DNA of 46,126 nt from an uncultured Planctomycetales bacterium (lineage in GTDB: Bacteria > Omnitrophota > Gorgyraeia > Gygaellales > Profunditerraquicolaceae). Below, in pieces: positions 34,724-41,730 of this stretch (the first letter of the stretch is position 1; each line of letters opens with the position of its first letter). The stretch lies in assembly GCA_964510625.1 (NCBI GenBank), contig CAZEBD010000001.1, forward strand, positions 1-46,126, in the 5' to 3' direction. Made by a program: the position numbers and the translations under genes. The notes under the pieces are model-generated. The model was not told the DNA's origin, searched no databases, and saw only the letters and a program-made list of their open reading frames with translations.

Positions 34724-34879
34724 TTAGCGTTCAGCTGCGTGCGAATACACCTCTCCTGACATCCCGGCTTTTCGGGCATTTACTGCCCGCCGGATATAAA
34801 CATTCATCGCGATCAGCGCCCCGCTTACCACCAACAACAACATAATATATCCAAGATATCCTTGCCCTTTGCGCCGCAT
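34724..34879 (-). CDS. Atypical Flp-like prepilin lacking Glu5 (51 aa; not in the ORF track)
   Basis: Hand translation gives MRRKGQGYLGYIMLLLVVSGALIAMNVYIRRAVNARKAGMSGEVYSHAAER*. The motif is G/QGYLGY, with Gly where the conserved Glu sits. Confidence 0.55.
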   Translation of the reverse strand: MRRKGQGYLGYIMLLLVVSGALIAMNVYIRRAVNARKAGMSGEVYSHAAER

Positions 34880-34886
34880 TTAATAT

Positions 34887-35093
34887 CTACCCCTCAGAAT
34901 GCTGGCCGGAAGATTCTTCCTTCTCCGGATGATACCCGCGGGAATGGTCGCCGAAGCCTTTTTTACTTACCCCCGGCACGGCATTAAACGCCCGCTGGAT
35001 ATAGATCGTCATCGCCGTCAAAGCCGCAGAAACCACCAGAATCAGCAAAGTATATTCGATAAAATTCTGCCCCTTTTTTCCTTTCAGCATCAT
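34887..35093 (-). CDS. Flp-type prepilin-like protein (68 aa)
   Basis: MMLKGKKGQNFIEYTLLILVVSAALTAMTIYIQRAF carries the G/QNFIEY motif. Confidence 0.7.
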   Translation of the reverse strand: MMLKGKKGQNFIEYTLLILVVSAALTAMTIYIQRAFNAVPGVSKKGFGDHSRGYHPEKEESSGQHSEG

Positions 35094-35140
35094 TTAAACC
35101 CGCCTGTTTAGCAAAGCTTAATCAGCGTGTAACTGCCGTA

Positions 35141-35287
35141 TTATTTATTTTCGGGATAAACCGCATCATAAGCCTTTTTCAAAGGCTCTTTAAAAACTAT
35201 CCCCCCGCCGATGATCGCCGCAGCGACCACCGCCAACAAAATAATATACTCCAACGTACTTTGGGCCCTGCGGATTTTAATGATCAT
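35141..35287 (-). CDS. flp: Flp-family prepilin, first gene of the pilin operon (48 aa; not in the ORF track)
   Basis: Hand translation gives MIIKIRRAQSTLEYIILLAVVAAAIIGGGIVFKEPLKKAYDAVYPENK*, with the A/QSTLEY motif. Confidence 0.8.
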   Translation of the reverse strand: MIIKIRRAQSTLEYIILLAVVAAAIIGGGIVFKEPLKKAYDAVYPENK

Positions 35288-35339
35288 TTTTATCCTGCCT
35301 TAATTTCCCGATAAAAATCGTATTTACAATTTACACCTA

Positions 35340-35368
35340 AATATACCACTTGCAAATTCAAGATTCAA
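35340..35368 (-). promoter_or_regulatory. Sigma70-type promoter of the pilin operon
   Basis: The minus strand reads TTGAAT (35368-35363), a 17-nt spacer, then TATATT (35345-35340), about 50 nt upstream of the first flp ATG. The -35 lies within a direct ATCTTGA ATCTTGA repeat. Confidence 0.45.
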
Positions 35369-35381
35369 GATTAATTACCGG

Positions 35382-37415
35382 TTATTTGAAAGCGCTTTCA
35401 AACCAAAAAAGCCGGTCATTCCCGGCGCTGATCTTACGCTCATTCAGGCGGCAATTAAGGTATTCCAGGTCCTTAAGCGATTCATAATCCTGGCTAACCA
35501 GCGTTTTTACCTTAAGCTTACCAGCAGCAGGAAGCAGCTTGGCCGGGATTTTATAAAAAATGTCACTGGTTGAAGACAGGTCTTTATCCAGGTACTCCGC
35601 CGGCAGAAAACGCCAGCGCAGATAAGCATCTAATATTTTAACATAATTAGCAAAGATTTCCGTCAGCTCCATCGCCGCTCCAGAGGTGTCCATACCGAAA
35701 CTGTCCTTAGGGAAAATTTTCTGCTCCGCACTGGAATAAGTAAAAAGCTCAATCTTGCGGGTAAAATCCTGGAAGGCCTCCTCAAAATTCGGCCAATGGC
35801 TTAAGTAAATTCCGGCCAGCCTATCTATCTCCGGTGCCGTCTGGTCGCTGCTAAGAATAACCAGGCGGATTTTTTCCTTCAGATCGGTTTTTACCGCGCA
35901 GCCCTTTAAGGTTACGCTTTGATTTGTCGCTACCCTAAACAGGTCAATCTCGATTTCCCCTAAATATAAATCCCGGTCCAGTTCTTTAATGTACTTCAAA
36001 GCAAATTCCCCGATTTTTTTGACTTTACGGCTGGAGGTAAACTGCCATGGCCAAAGGCCAAAGATAAGGCCGCACCGGTTTTCCCGGGTTAAAGGAACAT
36101 TCTCGGCTTCTTCCAGTTTATTATTAAATAAAACCAGGTTATCCGGGTAGATCTCTTTAGAGCCGATATTTAAGATAAGGTTAAAAAAATCCTTAGGCAG
36201 AATATCGTAGCCGGGGGGAGAAAATAAAACCAGCGGCTCTTGCTTCAGGAAACATTTATTCAATTTGTCCTGGAGATTAAGGGTCAGGTCAGAAAAATCA
36301 TCGGGAAAGCGCATCCCCGGCCAGCTTGAATGCAGCTGGCCATCCAGATGAATAACTGTCCCGTCGGAAAAATGGACTTTGACCCCTTTGGACTCGGTAA
36401 AAAGATTTGAGATAATTTTGGGTACCTCTATGCCGATATCAGGGATCTGCTTAATCTGAGCAAAATAATCAGCTAAATTTTGCGCAGGATAGCGCACCCC
36501 GATCAGGTCGGCAACCGTAGCAATATTGCCCTTGCCTCCGAATAAAGATTTAAAAATTAATGTTTCAGTAAGGTGTAAAAGTTCTTCGGGGTTACCCCCG
36601 GTAGCCCGGCTAATAGCAGCATTGATCTCTTTGCTGCCTCCGATCAGGCAATCGATTGCTTTAATGATCATTGCCCCTGAACAAACCCGCTCTTCCGGTA
36701 AGATTCCCGGAGCAAGCGATTCCGGCTGTGGCGGCGAGACTACCTCTTTAACCGGCGGAGGTGGAACGGGAGGCGGCGGCGGAGGTGGAGTTGGCAGGGC
36801 GGCTTTCTCTTCTGCCATTCTACGCGCTTCCTCTTCGCGTTTCCTCTTTTCTTCTGCTTCCTGAGCCAGCCTGGATAATTCCTGCAGGCGCGCCTCCTCC
36901 TGGGCTTTCATCCGGGCTAATTCCTGAGTTGCCTTTTCAAGCTCCCGCAATCTATCCTCTTCCTGAGCCTTAATAATAGCTAACTCCTGCGCAGCTTTTT
37001 CCTCGGCAAGCTTACGCGCCTGCTCTTCCTGCTTTATACTTGCTTCTGTTTCTTTAATTAATCTATCTCTCTCGGCCCGGTCTGCTTCTTCCTGTTTTTT
37101 GCGGGCAGCTGCCTCCTCCTGCTCTCTGAGGATCTGTTGGGTCATCTCCACCCTGGAAGTATCTTTAACCCCTTCAATCACCGGCAGGGCCGGCATATTA
37201 AATTTCTTTTTCTTAGGCTTAGCCCTTCTGCCGATAGGCATACTTAGGTTGTTTTCTTTAAAAACAGCATTAATACTGGATTTAGATACTTTGATTTGCA
37301 GCTGTTCAAAAATTAAAGCAGTTAGATTGCGGCAACTTAAGGCAGGATTATTCTGCTTATTTTCCAGGATGAATTTTAAGACTTCAGGTTTAAGCTTATG
37401 AACTACACCCATCAA
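35382..37415 (-). CDS. HTH-domain protein with a charged coiled coil, a polyproline tract and a large unassigned C-terminal domain (677 aa)
   Basis: Track ORF. The N-terminus is transposase/regulator-like HTH (LSCRNLTALIFEQLQIKVSKSSINAVFKENNL). It is followed by about 130 aa of E/K/A/R/Q-rich heptad-like sequence, then PTPPPPPPPVPPPPV, then about 440 aa of unknown fold. The true start may be the ATG at 37412, since the TTG at 37415 is only 3 nt after GGAGGA. Confidence 0.7.
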   Translation of the reverse strand: MMGVVHKLKPEVLKFILENKQNNPALSCRNLTALIFEQLQIKVSKSSINAVFKENNLSMPIGRRAKPKKKKFNMPALPVIEGVKDTSRVEMTQQILREQEEAAARKKQEEADRAERDRLIKETEASIKQEEQARKLAEEKAAQELAIIKAQEEDRLRELEKATQELARMKAQEEARLQELSRLAQEAEEKRKREEEARRMAEEKAALPTPPPPPPPVPPPPVKEVVSPPQPESLAPGILPEERVCSGAMIIKAIDCLIGGSKEINAAISRATGGNPEELLHLTETLIFKSLFGGKGNIATVADLIGVRYPAQNLADYFAQIKQIPDIGIEVPKIISNLFTESKGVKVHFSDGTVIHLDGQLHSSWPGMRFPDDFSDLTLNLQDKLNKCFLKQEPLVLFSPPGYDILPKDFFNLILNIGSKEIYPDNLVLFNNKLEEAENVPLTRENRCGLIFGLWPWQFTSSRKVKKIGEFALKYIKELDRDLYLGEIEIDLFRVATNQSVTLKGCAVKTDLKEKIRLVILSSDQTAPEIDRLAGIYLSHWPNFEEAFQDFTRKIELFTYSSAEQKIFPKDSFGMDTSGAAMELTEIFANYVKILDAYLRWRFLPAEYLDKDLSSTSDIFYKIPAKLLPAAGKLKVKTLVSQDYESLKDLEYLNCRLNERKISAGNDRLFWFESAFK

Positions 37416-37419
37416 TCCT

Positions 37420-37482
37420 CCAGATTGGACATTCCTACTTAAATATAGCCTTATTTTATGGATTTGTCAAGCCAGATTGGAC
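37420..37482 (-). promoter_or_regulatory. Near-consensus promoter bracketed by two 11-bp direct repeats (operator-like)
   Basis: The minus strand reads GTCCAATCTGG-C-TTGACA (37470-37465), 17 nt, TATATT (37447-37442), ...GTCCAATCTGG-AGGA. The repeat ccagattggac lies at 37420-37430 and 37472-37482 on the plus strand. Confidence 0.5.
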
Positions 37483-37502
37483 GTAAACAAAGCAGGGTAG
37501 AG

Positions 37503-37540
37503 AAAGGGGACGTTTCCCTAAGAAGGGAAACGTCCCCTTT
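37503..37540. repeat. REPIN-type perfect hairpin (inverted REP doublet); likely a bidirectional terminator after the DUF192 gene
   Basis: AAAGGGGACGTTTCCCT-AAGA-AGGGAAACGTCCCCTTT forms a 17-bp stem with a 4-nt loop. A T-run follows on the plus strand and TTTCTCT on the minus strand. It starts 4 nt after the stop codon at 37544. Confidence 0.85.
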
Positions 37541-37543
37541 TTA

Positions 37544-37888
37544 TTAGCCTTGAAATTGAATTTGGTCCTGGAGCTGGGTATTAGTGGCTGCTATTTTTCC
37601 GGCAGATAATTCAATAACTTTGCTGGAGCGCCAGGATATGCCTGAAATGCTGTTAGGCTTAAGATTGGCGGTAATTTTAACGACCTTATAATCTTTATCT
37701 ACAAAAAGCACATCTATGGGAAAGCGCATAAAAAAGGTATGCACAGAATTGCATGGATCAAGGATAAGCGCTTGGTTAGATCCCAAGGACTTTTTACCCA
37801 ATAATCCCTTAATCCTGCTAAAGATAGTGCTGGCAACAATGACATCTTCGGCTAAAATAGTATTTTTACTCTGATTGATCAGGCGCAT
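37544..37888 (-). CDS. DUF192-family protein (114 aa)
   Basis: The pattern RIKGLLGKK...ALILDPCNSVHTFFMRFPIDVLFVDKDYKVV...VIELSAGK matches the DUF192 (COG1430) signature as I recall it. Confidence 0.6.
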   Translation of the reverse strand: MRLINQSKNTILAEDVIVASTIFSRIKGLLGKKSLGSNQALILDPCNSVHTFFMRFPIDVLFVDKDYKVVKITANLKPNSISGISWRSSKVIELSAGKIAATNTQLQDQIQFQG

Positions 37889-37897
37889 GAGTACTGC

Positions 37898-40057
37898 TTA
37901 TGGTTTGGCAGGCTTAAATATGTCATCCGAAATAGCTACACCGCGTACGCGGATCTCATCTAAGAAGGATGGCTTATAGCCGGTAGCGGTAAAATAACCC
38001 AAGACCTTGCCCTGGGGGTCAACCCCGGTCTGCTTAAAAACAAATATTTCATCCATATTGATATGCATTTCATCCTTCATTCCGGAGACCTCGGAAATCC
38101 CCAGAACTTTACGGCTACCATCGGAAAGGCGGGCCGTATGCACAATAATATCTACCGCAGATGAGACCATCTCCCGGATCGCCCGGGTCGGAAGCTCGAT
38201 GCCGGACATAAGGATCATCGAATCCAGACGGCTTAAAACATCCGAAGCGGAGTTGGCGTGGATTGTGGTCATCGAGCCATCATGGCCGGTATTCATCGCT
38301 TGCAACATATCTAATGATTCAGTCCCGCGGCATTCTCCGACAATAATCCTGTCCGGGCGCATACGTAAAGTATTGCGGAAAAGATCCCGAATGGCTAAAC
38401 CGCCTTTACCCTCAATATTGGGCGGACGGGATTCTAAACGGATCCAATGCCGCTGATGCAGCCTTAACTCTGCAGCATCCTCCAAAGTGATGATCCTCTC
38501 CACTTCGGGAATATACTCTGAGAGGGCATTAAGCACCGTAGTCTTACCGCTGCCGGTGCCGCCGGAAACAATCAAATTTTTACGGCATAACACACAGGCC
38601 CGGATAAAATCCGCCATCGCCGAAGTAAGCGAATCAAACTTAAGCAAATCTTCGATATGGTACCTTTCCTGGCGGAATTTTCTGATGGTTAAAGTCGGCC
38701 CGGTCAAAGACAAAGGAGAAATTATCGCATTGACCCTTGAGCCATCGGTAAGTCGGGCATCCACCATCGGTACCGACTCGTCAATACGCCGTCCGATAGG
38801 AGCAATAATCCGTTCAATGATCGTCCTGACCTGGTCATTAGAGATAAACTTTTTATTCGTCAGTTCGATCTTACCGAAACGCTCGACATAAACCTCATTT
38901 TTATTATTTACCATAATATCCGTAATATCCGGGTCAGCCAATAAATCTTCTAAGGGGCCTAAGCCCAATGCTTCATCTAAGATCTCCTTGATCAGGCGGT
39001 TTCTGACATCCTGGGAGGGGATAAAACTTCCCACCTCCTCCGCCAAAAGGTTACTGACGATTGCCCCGGCCCGGTCTTTAATATCCCTGGCTTTTTTACG
39101 GTCGCTGAATACTTTTAAATCCAGCCGCTTAATGTTCATACTATCTAAGAGGCGGCTGTGTATTTTGCGCTTCAGGACCAGAATATCATCTTTTTCCTCG
39201 TCGACATCCGGCTCAAGCACAGCTTCTTTTAATCCCTGTTTCTCCCAAAATTGGCCGGTTTTTTCCAAAGCCGCTTCCTTGATCTGCAGTTGCCCGATAT
39301 CCTGACGGTCCATAAATATGCCTTTATCCTGGATCAGTGTTTCGGCCAGGGCAAAAAAAGCCTGGGCAATTTTTGAGCGGGGAGCATGGATGACCACCGG
39401 AGTCTCCAGGTTAACCGCCTGGTTGACTAATTTACCGTCGGAAGGGATCTTTTCAATAATATCTACCGGCAGGTTGACCCGGATCTCCTGCCAGCTGATA
39501 CTGGATAAGGATTCCGACCGGTTCAGCACGATCTTGATCATGCTTAAAGGAAAATGTAAAAATTGCAGGGTATCCAGAGCCCATTTGGTCTGATAGATGG
39601 AGAGCACATCCGGAGTAACGACAAAAAGGATAAGGTTGGCCTGGTTTAAAACTGCCAGGAATACGTCACTAAAGCTTTTTCCGGCATCAACCACGATATG
39701 GTCATAATCTTTATCTATAAATTTAAAGACCTCGGCGATCCCTTCTGCGGAAAGGTGGCCTGATTGCTGCGGCTTAAGCACGCCGGCTAAGAAATCAACA
39801 TTATTAAACCGGGAGGAAACTACAAAATCCTGCTTTTTTGTCGACTGCGGCTGGCGCTTGAGAAACCCCATTAAATCCGCCATACAGTTCTGCGGGCGCA
39901 CCCCCAAAACATGCGCCATATCGCCGACAACCTGGGTGTCTAAATCCACCGCACAGACCCGGCTGCCTTCTTTAGCCAAAGCAGTAGCTAAATTGGCCGC
40001 GATCAACGTCCGGCCGACGCCGCCTTTAGTGCTGAAAATTACGGTTATTTTTGCCAT
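37898..40057 (-). CDS. cpaF: Fusion of a CpaE/TadZ-like ParA/MinD-type domain with the CpaF/TadA secretion ATPase (719 aa)
   Basis: The N-terminal ~250 aa read KITVIFSTKGGVGRTLIAANLATALAKEG...VDLD (deviant Walker A, as in TadZ/CpaE). The C-terminal ~430 aa carry LIVSGGTGSGKTTVLNAL, IITLEDAAEL, RMRPDRIIVGECRG and NTGHDGSMTTIHAN, which are CpaF/VirB11-type motifs. Confidence 0.85.
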   Translation of the reverse strand: MAKITVIFSTKGGVGRTLIAANLATALAKEGSRVCAVDLDTQVVGDMAHVLGVRPQNCMADLMGFLKRQPQSTKKQDFVVSSRFNNVDFLAGVLKPQQSGHLSAEGIAEVFKFIDKDYDHIVVDAGKSFSDVFLAVLNQANLILFVVTPDVLSIYQTKWALDTLQFLHFPLSMIKIVLNRSESLSSISWQEIRVNLPVDIIEKIPSDGKLVNQAVNLETPVVIHAPRSKIAQAFFALAETLIQDKGIFMDRQDIGQLQIKEAALEKTGQFWEKQGLKEAVLEPDVDEEKDDILVLKRKIHSRLLDSMNIKRLDLKVFSDRKKARDIKDRAGAIVSNLLAEEVGSFIPSQDVRNRLIKEILDEALGLGPLEDLLADPDITDIMVNNKNEVYVERFGKIELTNKKFISNDQVRTIIERIIAPIGRRIDESVPMVDARLTDGSRVNAIISPLSLTGPTLTIRKFRQERYHIEDLLKFDSLTSAMADFIRACVLCRKNLIVSGGTGSGKTTVLNALSEYIPEVERIITLEDAAELRLHQRHWIRLESRPPNIEGKGGLAIRDLFRNTLRMRPDRIIVGECRGTESLDMLQAMNTGHDGSMTTIHANSASDVLSRLDSMILMSGIELPTRAIREMVSSAVDIIVHTARLSDGSRKVLGISEVSGMKDEMHINMDEIFVFKQTGVDPQGKVLGYFTATGYKPSFLDEIRVRGVAISDDIFKPAKP

Positions 40058-40058
40058 T

Positions 40059-41669
40059 TTATTCTATCTGATAAATTATCGGAATATCCACCCAGACTTC
40101 ATTTTCTCTGATCTCAGGCGGAAAGGGAGGATATGGGGAAGCTGCCCGGGCACTTTTGAGTGCGGCATCGTTAAGCACTCGGTAGCTGGAGGGTTCCTTG
40201 ATCTTTGCTTCCAGCAAATCTCCCTGCGGAACCAATTTAAGGCTTAATTTTACCGCCCCCTGAAATCCGGCATCCTTGGCTTCAGCAGGATAAAGCAGAT
40301 TATCTAAAATTTTCTTCTGGACCAATTTTGAATACCGCAAAACCGGGTTTTGTATTAAATCATCTCCGACAGACGGGATACTGATATTGGCCCGCGGAGC
40401 CTTTAGTGCAGCCTTAGACTGATCCCCCATGTCGACTAAACGCGGAGTAAGGGTAATAAACAGTTCAGTATCATTCATCTTGCTGGTATCGGATTCCCAG
40501 CCTTTTTGAGTAGTCCGCTGCCTGAAGAATACTCCCAGGACCGGGATATCGGAAAGCCAAGGCGTCCTTCTTAATTCTTCAGCCGTCTTCTTCTTGATCA
40601 ATCCGCCTAAGGCCATCGTTTGGCCGTTATCTAAGAAAAGTTCGGTAGTGGCGGTGCGCTTAGTCATTTTATAAGCAAAAGCATAATCGGTCTGCACCTC
40701 ATCCCCAACATCACTGACCACTACATCTAAGTTCAGGTGGATACGCCCGGATTCTTCCAGGCGCGGCTTGATATTCAGGATAATGCCATATTCTTTATAT
40801 TCTACTGACCCGGAGGTTGTCGCCCCTACCGTACCCGTACCGCTGGTTCCGGGAGTAACCGTACCGCTTAATACCGGCACCTCTCCTCCGACGACCAATT
40901 TTGCCTCCTTACCGCTCTGGCAAGCCAGCCGCGGGCGGGAAAGAATACGCGCCTTGCCTTCCTGGATCAAAGCGTCCAATTTCAAAGTAAATGCCTCACG
41001 CGTAACATCGGCAATGGTAAATAATTTAGCTAAGGAGGAAACACCCGGACTGATTGCCCGGGAACCAACTTCGGTCAGATTGATCTCGCCCGGCCAGGTT
41101 AAACCCAAAGTATCCTGGCTTCCGCGGTTAAGCTCGATTACCTGGACATCGATTTCAATTACCGCTTCCTCTTCTTTTACCGCTACTAAATCCACGGTCT
41201 TATTTTTCAACTGCCCCAAAGCCAAAGCCAGTTTGTCTTTATCTTTAGCAAATTTCACGCTGCCTAAAAGCACGACCCGGTTTTCTTCATCTTCAGCTTT
41301 AGTATAAATATTTGGCAGATTTAACGAAGCAAGTATATTATCAATACGCCGCTTGATTTCATTGGTATCTTCAATAAAGACCCTTAGGCGGTAAGAGGAC
41401 TCGCCGAAATTATCCCAAACCACCAAGGTAGTGCTTCCGGCGGATTTCGGGTTAATCGTCAACTCCGTTTTGCTGATGCTGGCCACATCGGCAACTGTCG
41501 GATTACCAATCGCTATTTTCTTGGGCGAATTTACCGGAATGGCTTTCGACTGCCCGACGTAAAGTTTTATTTCTTCATCTACATCCGCTGCGCCGGCAGA
41601 ATAACCCCGGAAAGGCAAGGCTAGGACCAAAGTAACTATGCATAATAGGCCAAAAAATAACTTTCTCAT
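40059..41669 (-). CDS. cpaC: Tad secretin (CpaC/RcpA-like) with a C-terminal TonB_C-like domain (536 aa)
   Basis: It has a signal peptide and the pilus N-terminal domain (LYVGQSKAIPV..IAIGNPTVADV). The secretin core reads GGLIKKKTAEELRRTPWLSDIPVLGVFFR. The last ~85 aa read LLYPAEAKDAGFQGAVKLSLKLVPQGDLLEAKIKEPSSYRVLNDAALKSARAASPYPPFP. Confidence 0.8.
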   Translation of the reverse strand: MRKLFFGLLCIVTLVLALPFRGYSAGAADVDEEIKLYVGQSKAIPVNSPKKIAIGNPTVADVASISKTELTINPKSAGSTTLVVWDNFGESSYRLRVFIEDTNEIKRRIDNILASLNLPNIYTKAEDEENRVVLLGSVKFAKDKDKLALALGQLKNKTVDLVAVKEEEAVIEIDVQVIELNRGSQDTLGLTWPGEINLTEVGSRAISPGVSSLAKLFTIADVTREAFTLKLDALIQEGKARILSRPRLACQSGKEAKLVVGGEVPVLSGTVTPGTSGTGTVGATTSGSVEYKEYGIILNIKPRLEESGRIHLNLDVVVSDVGDEVQTDYAFAYKMTKRTATTELFLDNGQTMALGGLIKKKTAEELRRTPWLSDIPVLGVFFRQRTTQKGWESDTSKMNDTELFITLTPRLVDMGDQSKAALKAPRANISIPSVGDDLIQNPVLRYSKLVQKKILDNLLYPAEAKDAGFQGAVKLSLKLVPQGDLLEAKIKEPSSYRVLNDAALKSARAASPYPPFPPEIRENEVWVDIPIIYQIE

Positions 41670-41696
41670 TTTTCTCCTTTAAGTTTTGATCCACAA

Positions 41697-41716
41697 AACC
41701 CCCGTTTACGGGGGTT
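41697..41716 (-). terminator. GC-rich hairpin plus U-run between cpaB and cpaC (attenuator/terminator-like)
   Basis: The minus strand reads AACCCCCG-UAAA-CGGGGGUU followed by UUGUGG. It sits in the 61-nt cpaB-cpaC spacer, upstream of the cpaC SD (AAAGGAGAAAAATG). Confidence 0.4.
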
Positions 41717-41730
41717 CTCCTTTTTTCATT

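Noticed and set aside
34567-34779. Track ORF of 70 aa on the minus strand
   Set aside because: It straddles two better-supported short Flp genes (34539..34706 and 34724..34879) in the wrong frame. It has no prepilin motif and no SD, whereas both hand-found genes have G/XXXXEY-type N-termini and one has AGGAGGAG.
36526-36973. Plus-strand ORFs with poly-Gly (GGGTGGGGGGG) opposite the 677-aa gene
   Set aside because: They are the mirror image of the polyproline and coiled-coil coding region on the minus strand, so they are antisense artefacts.
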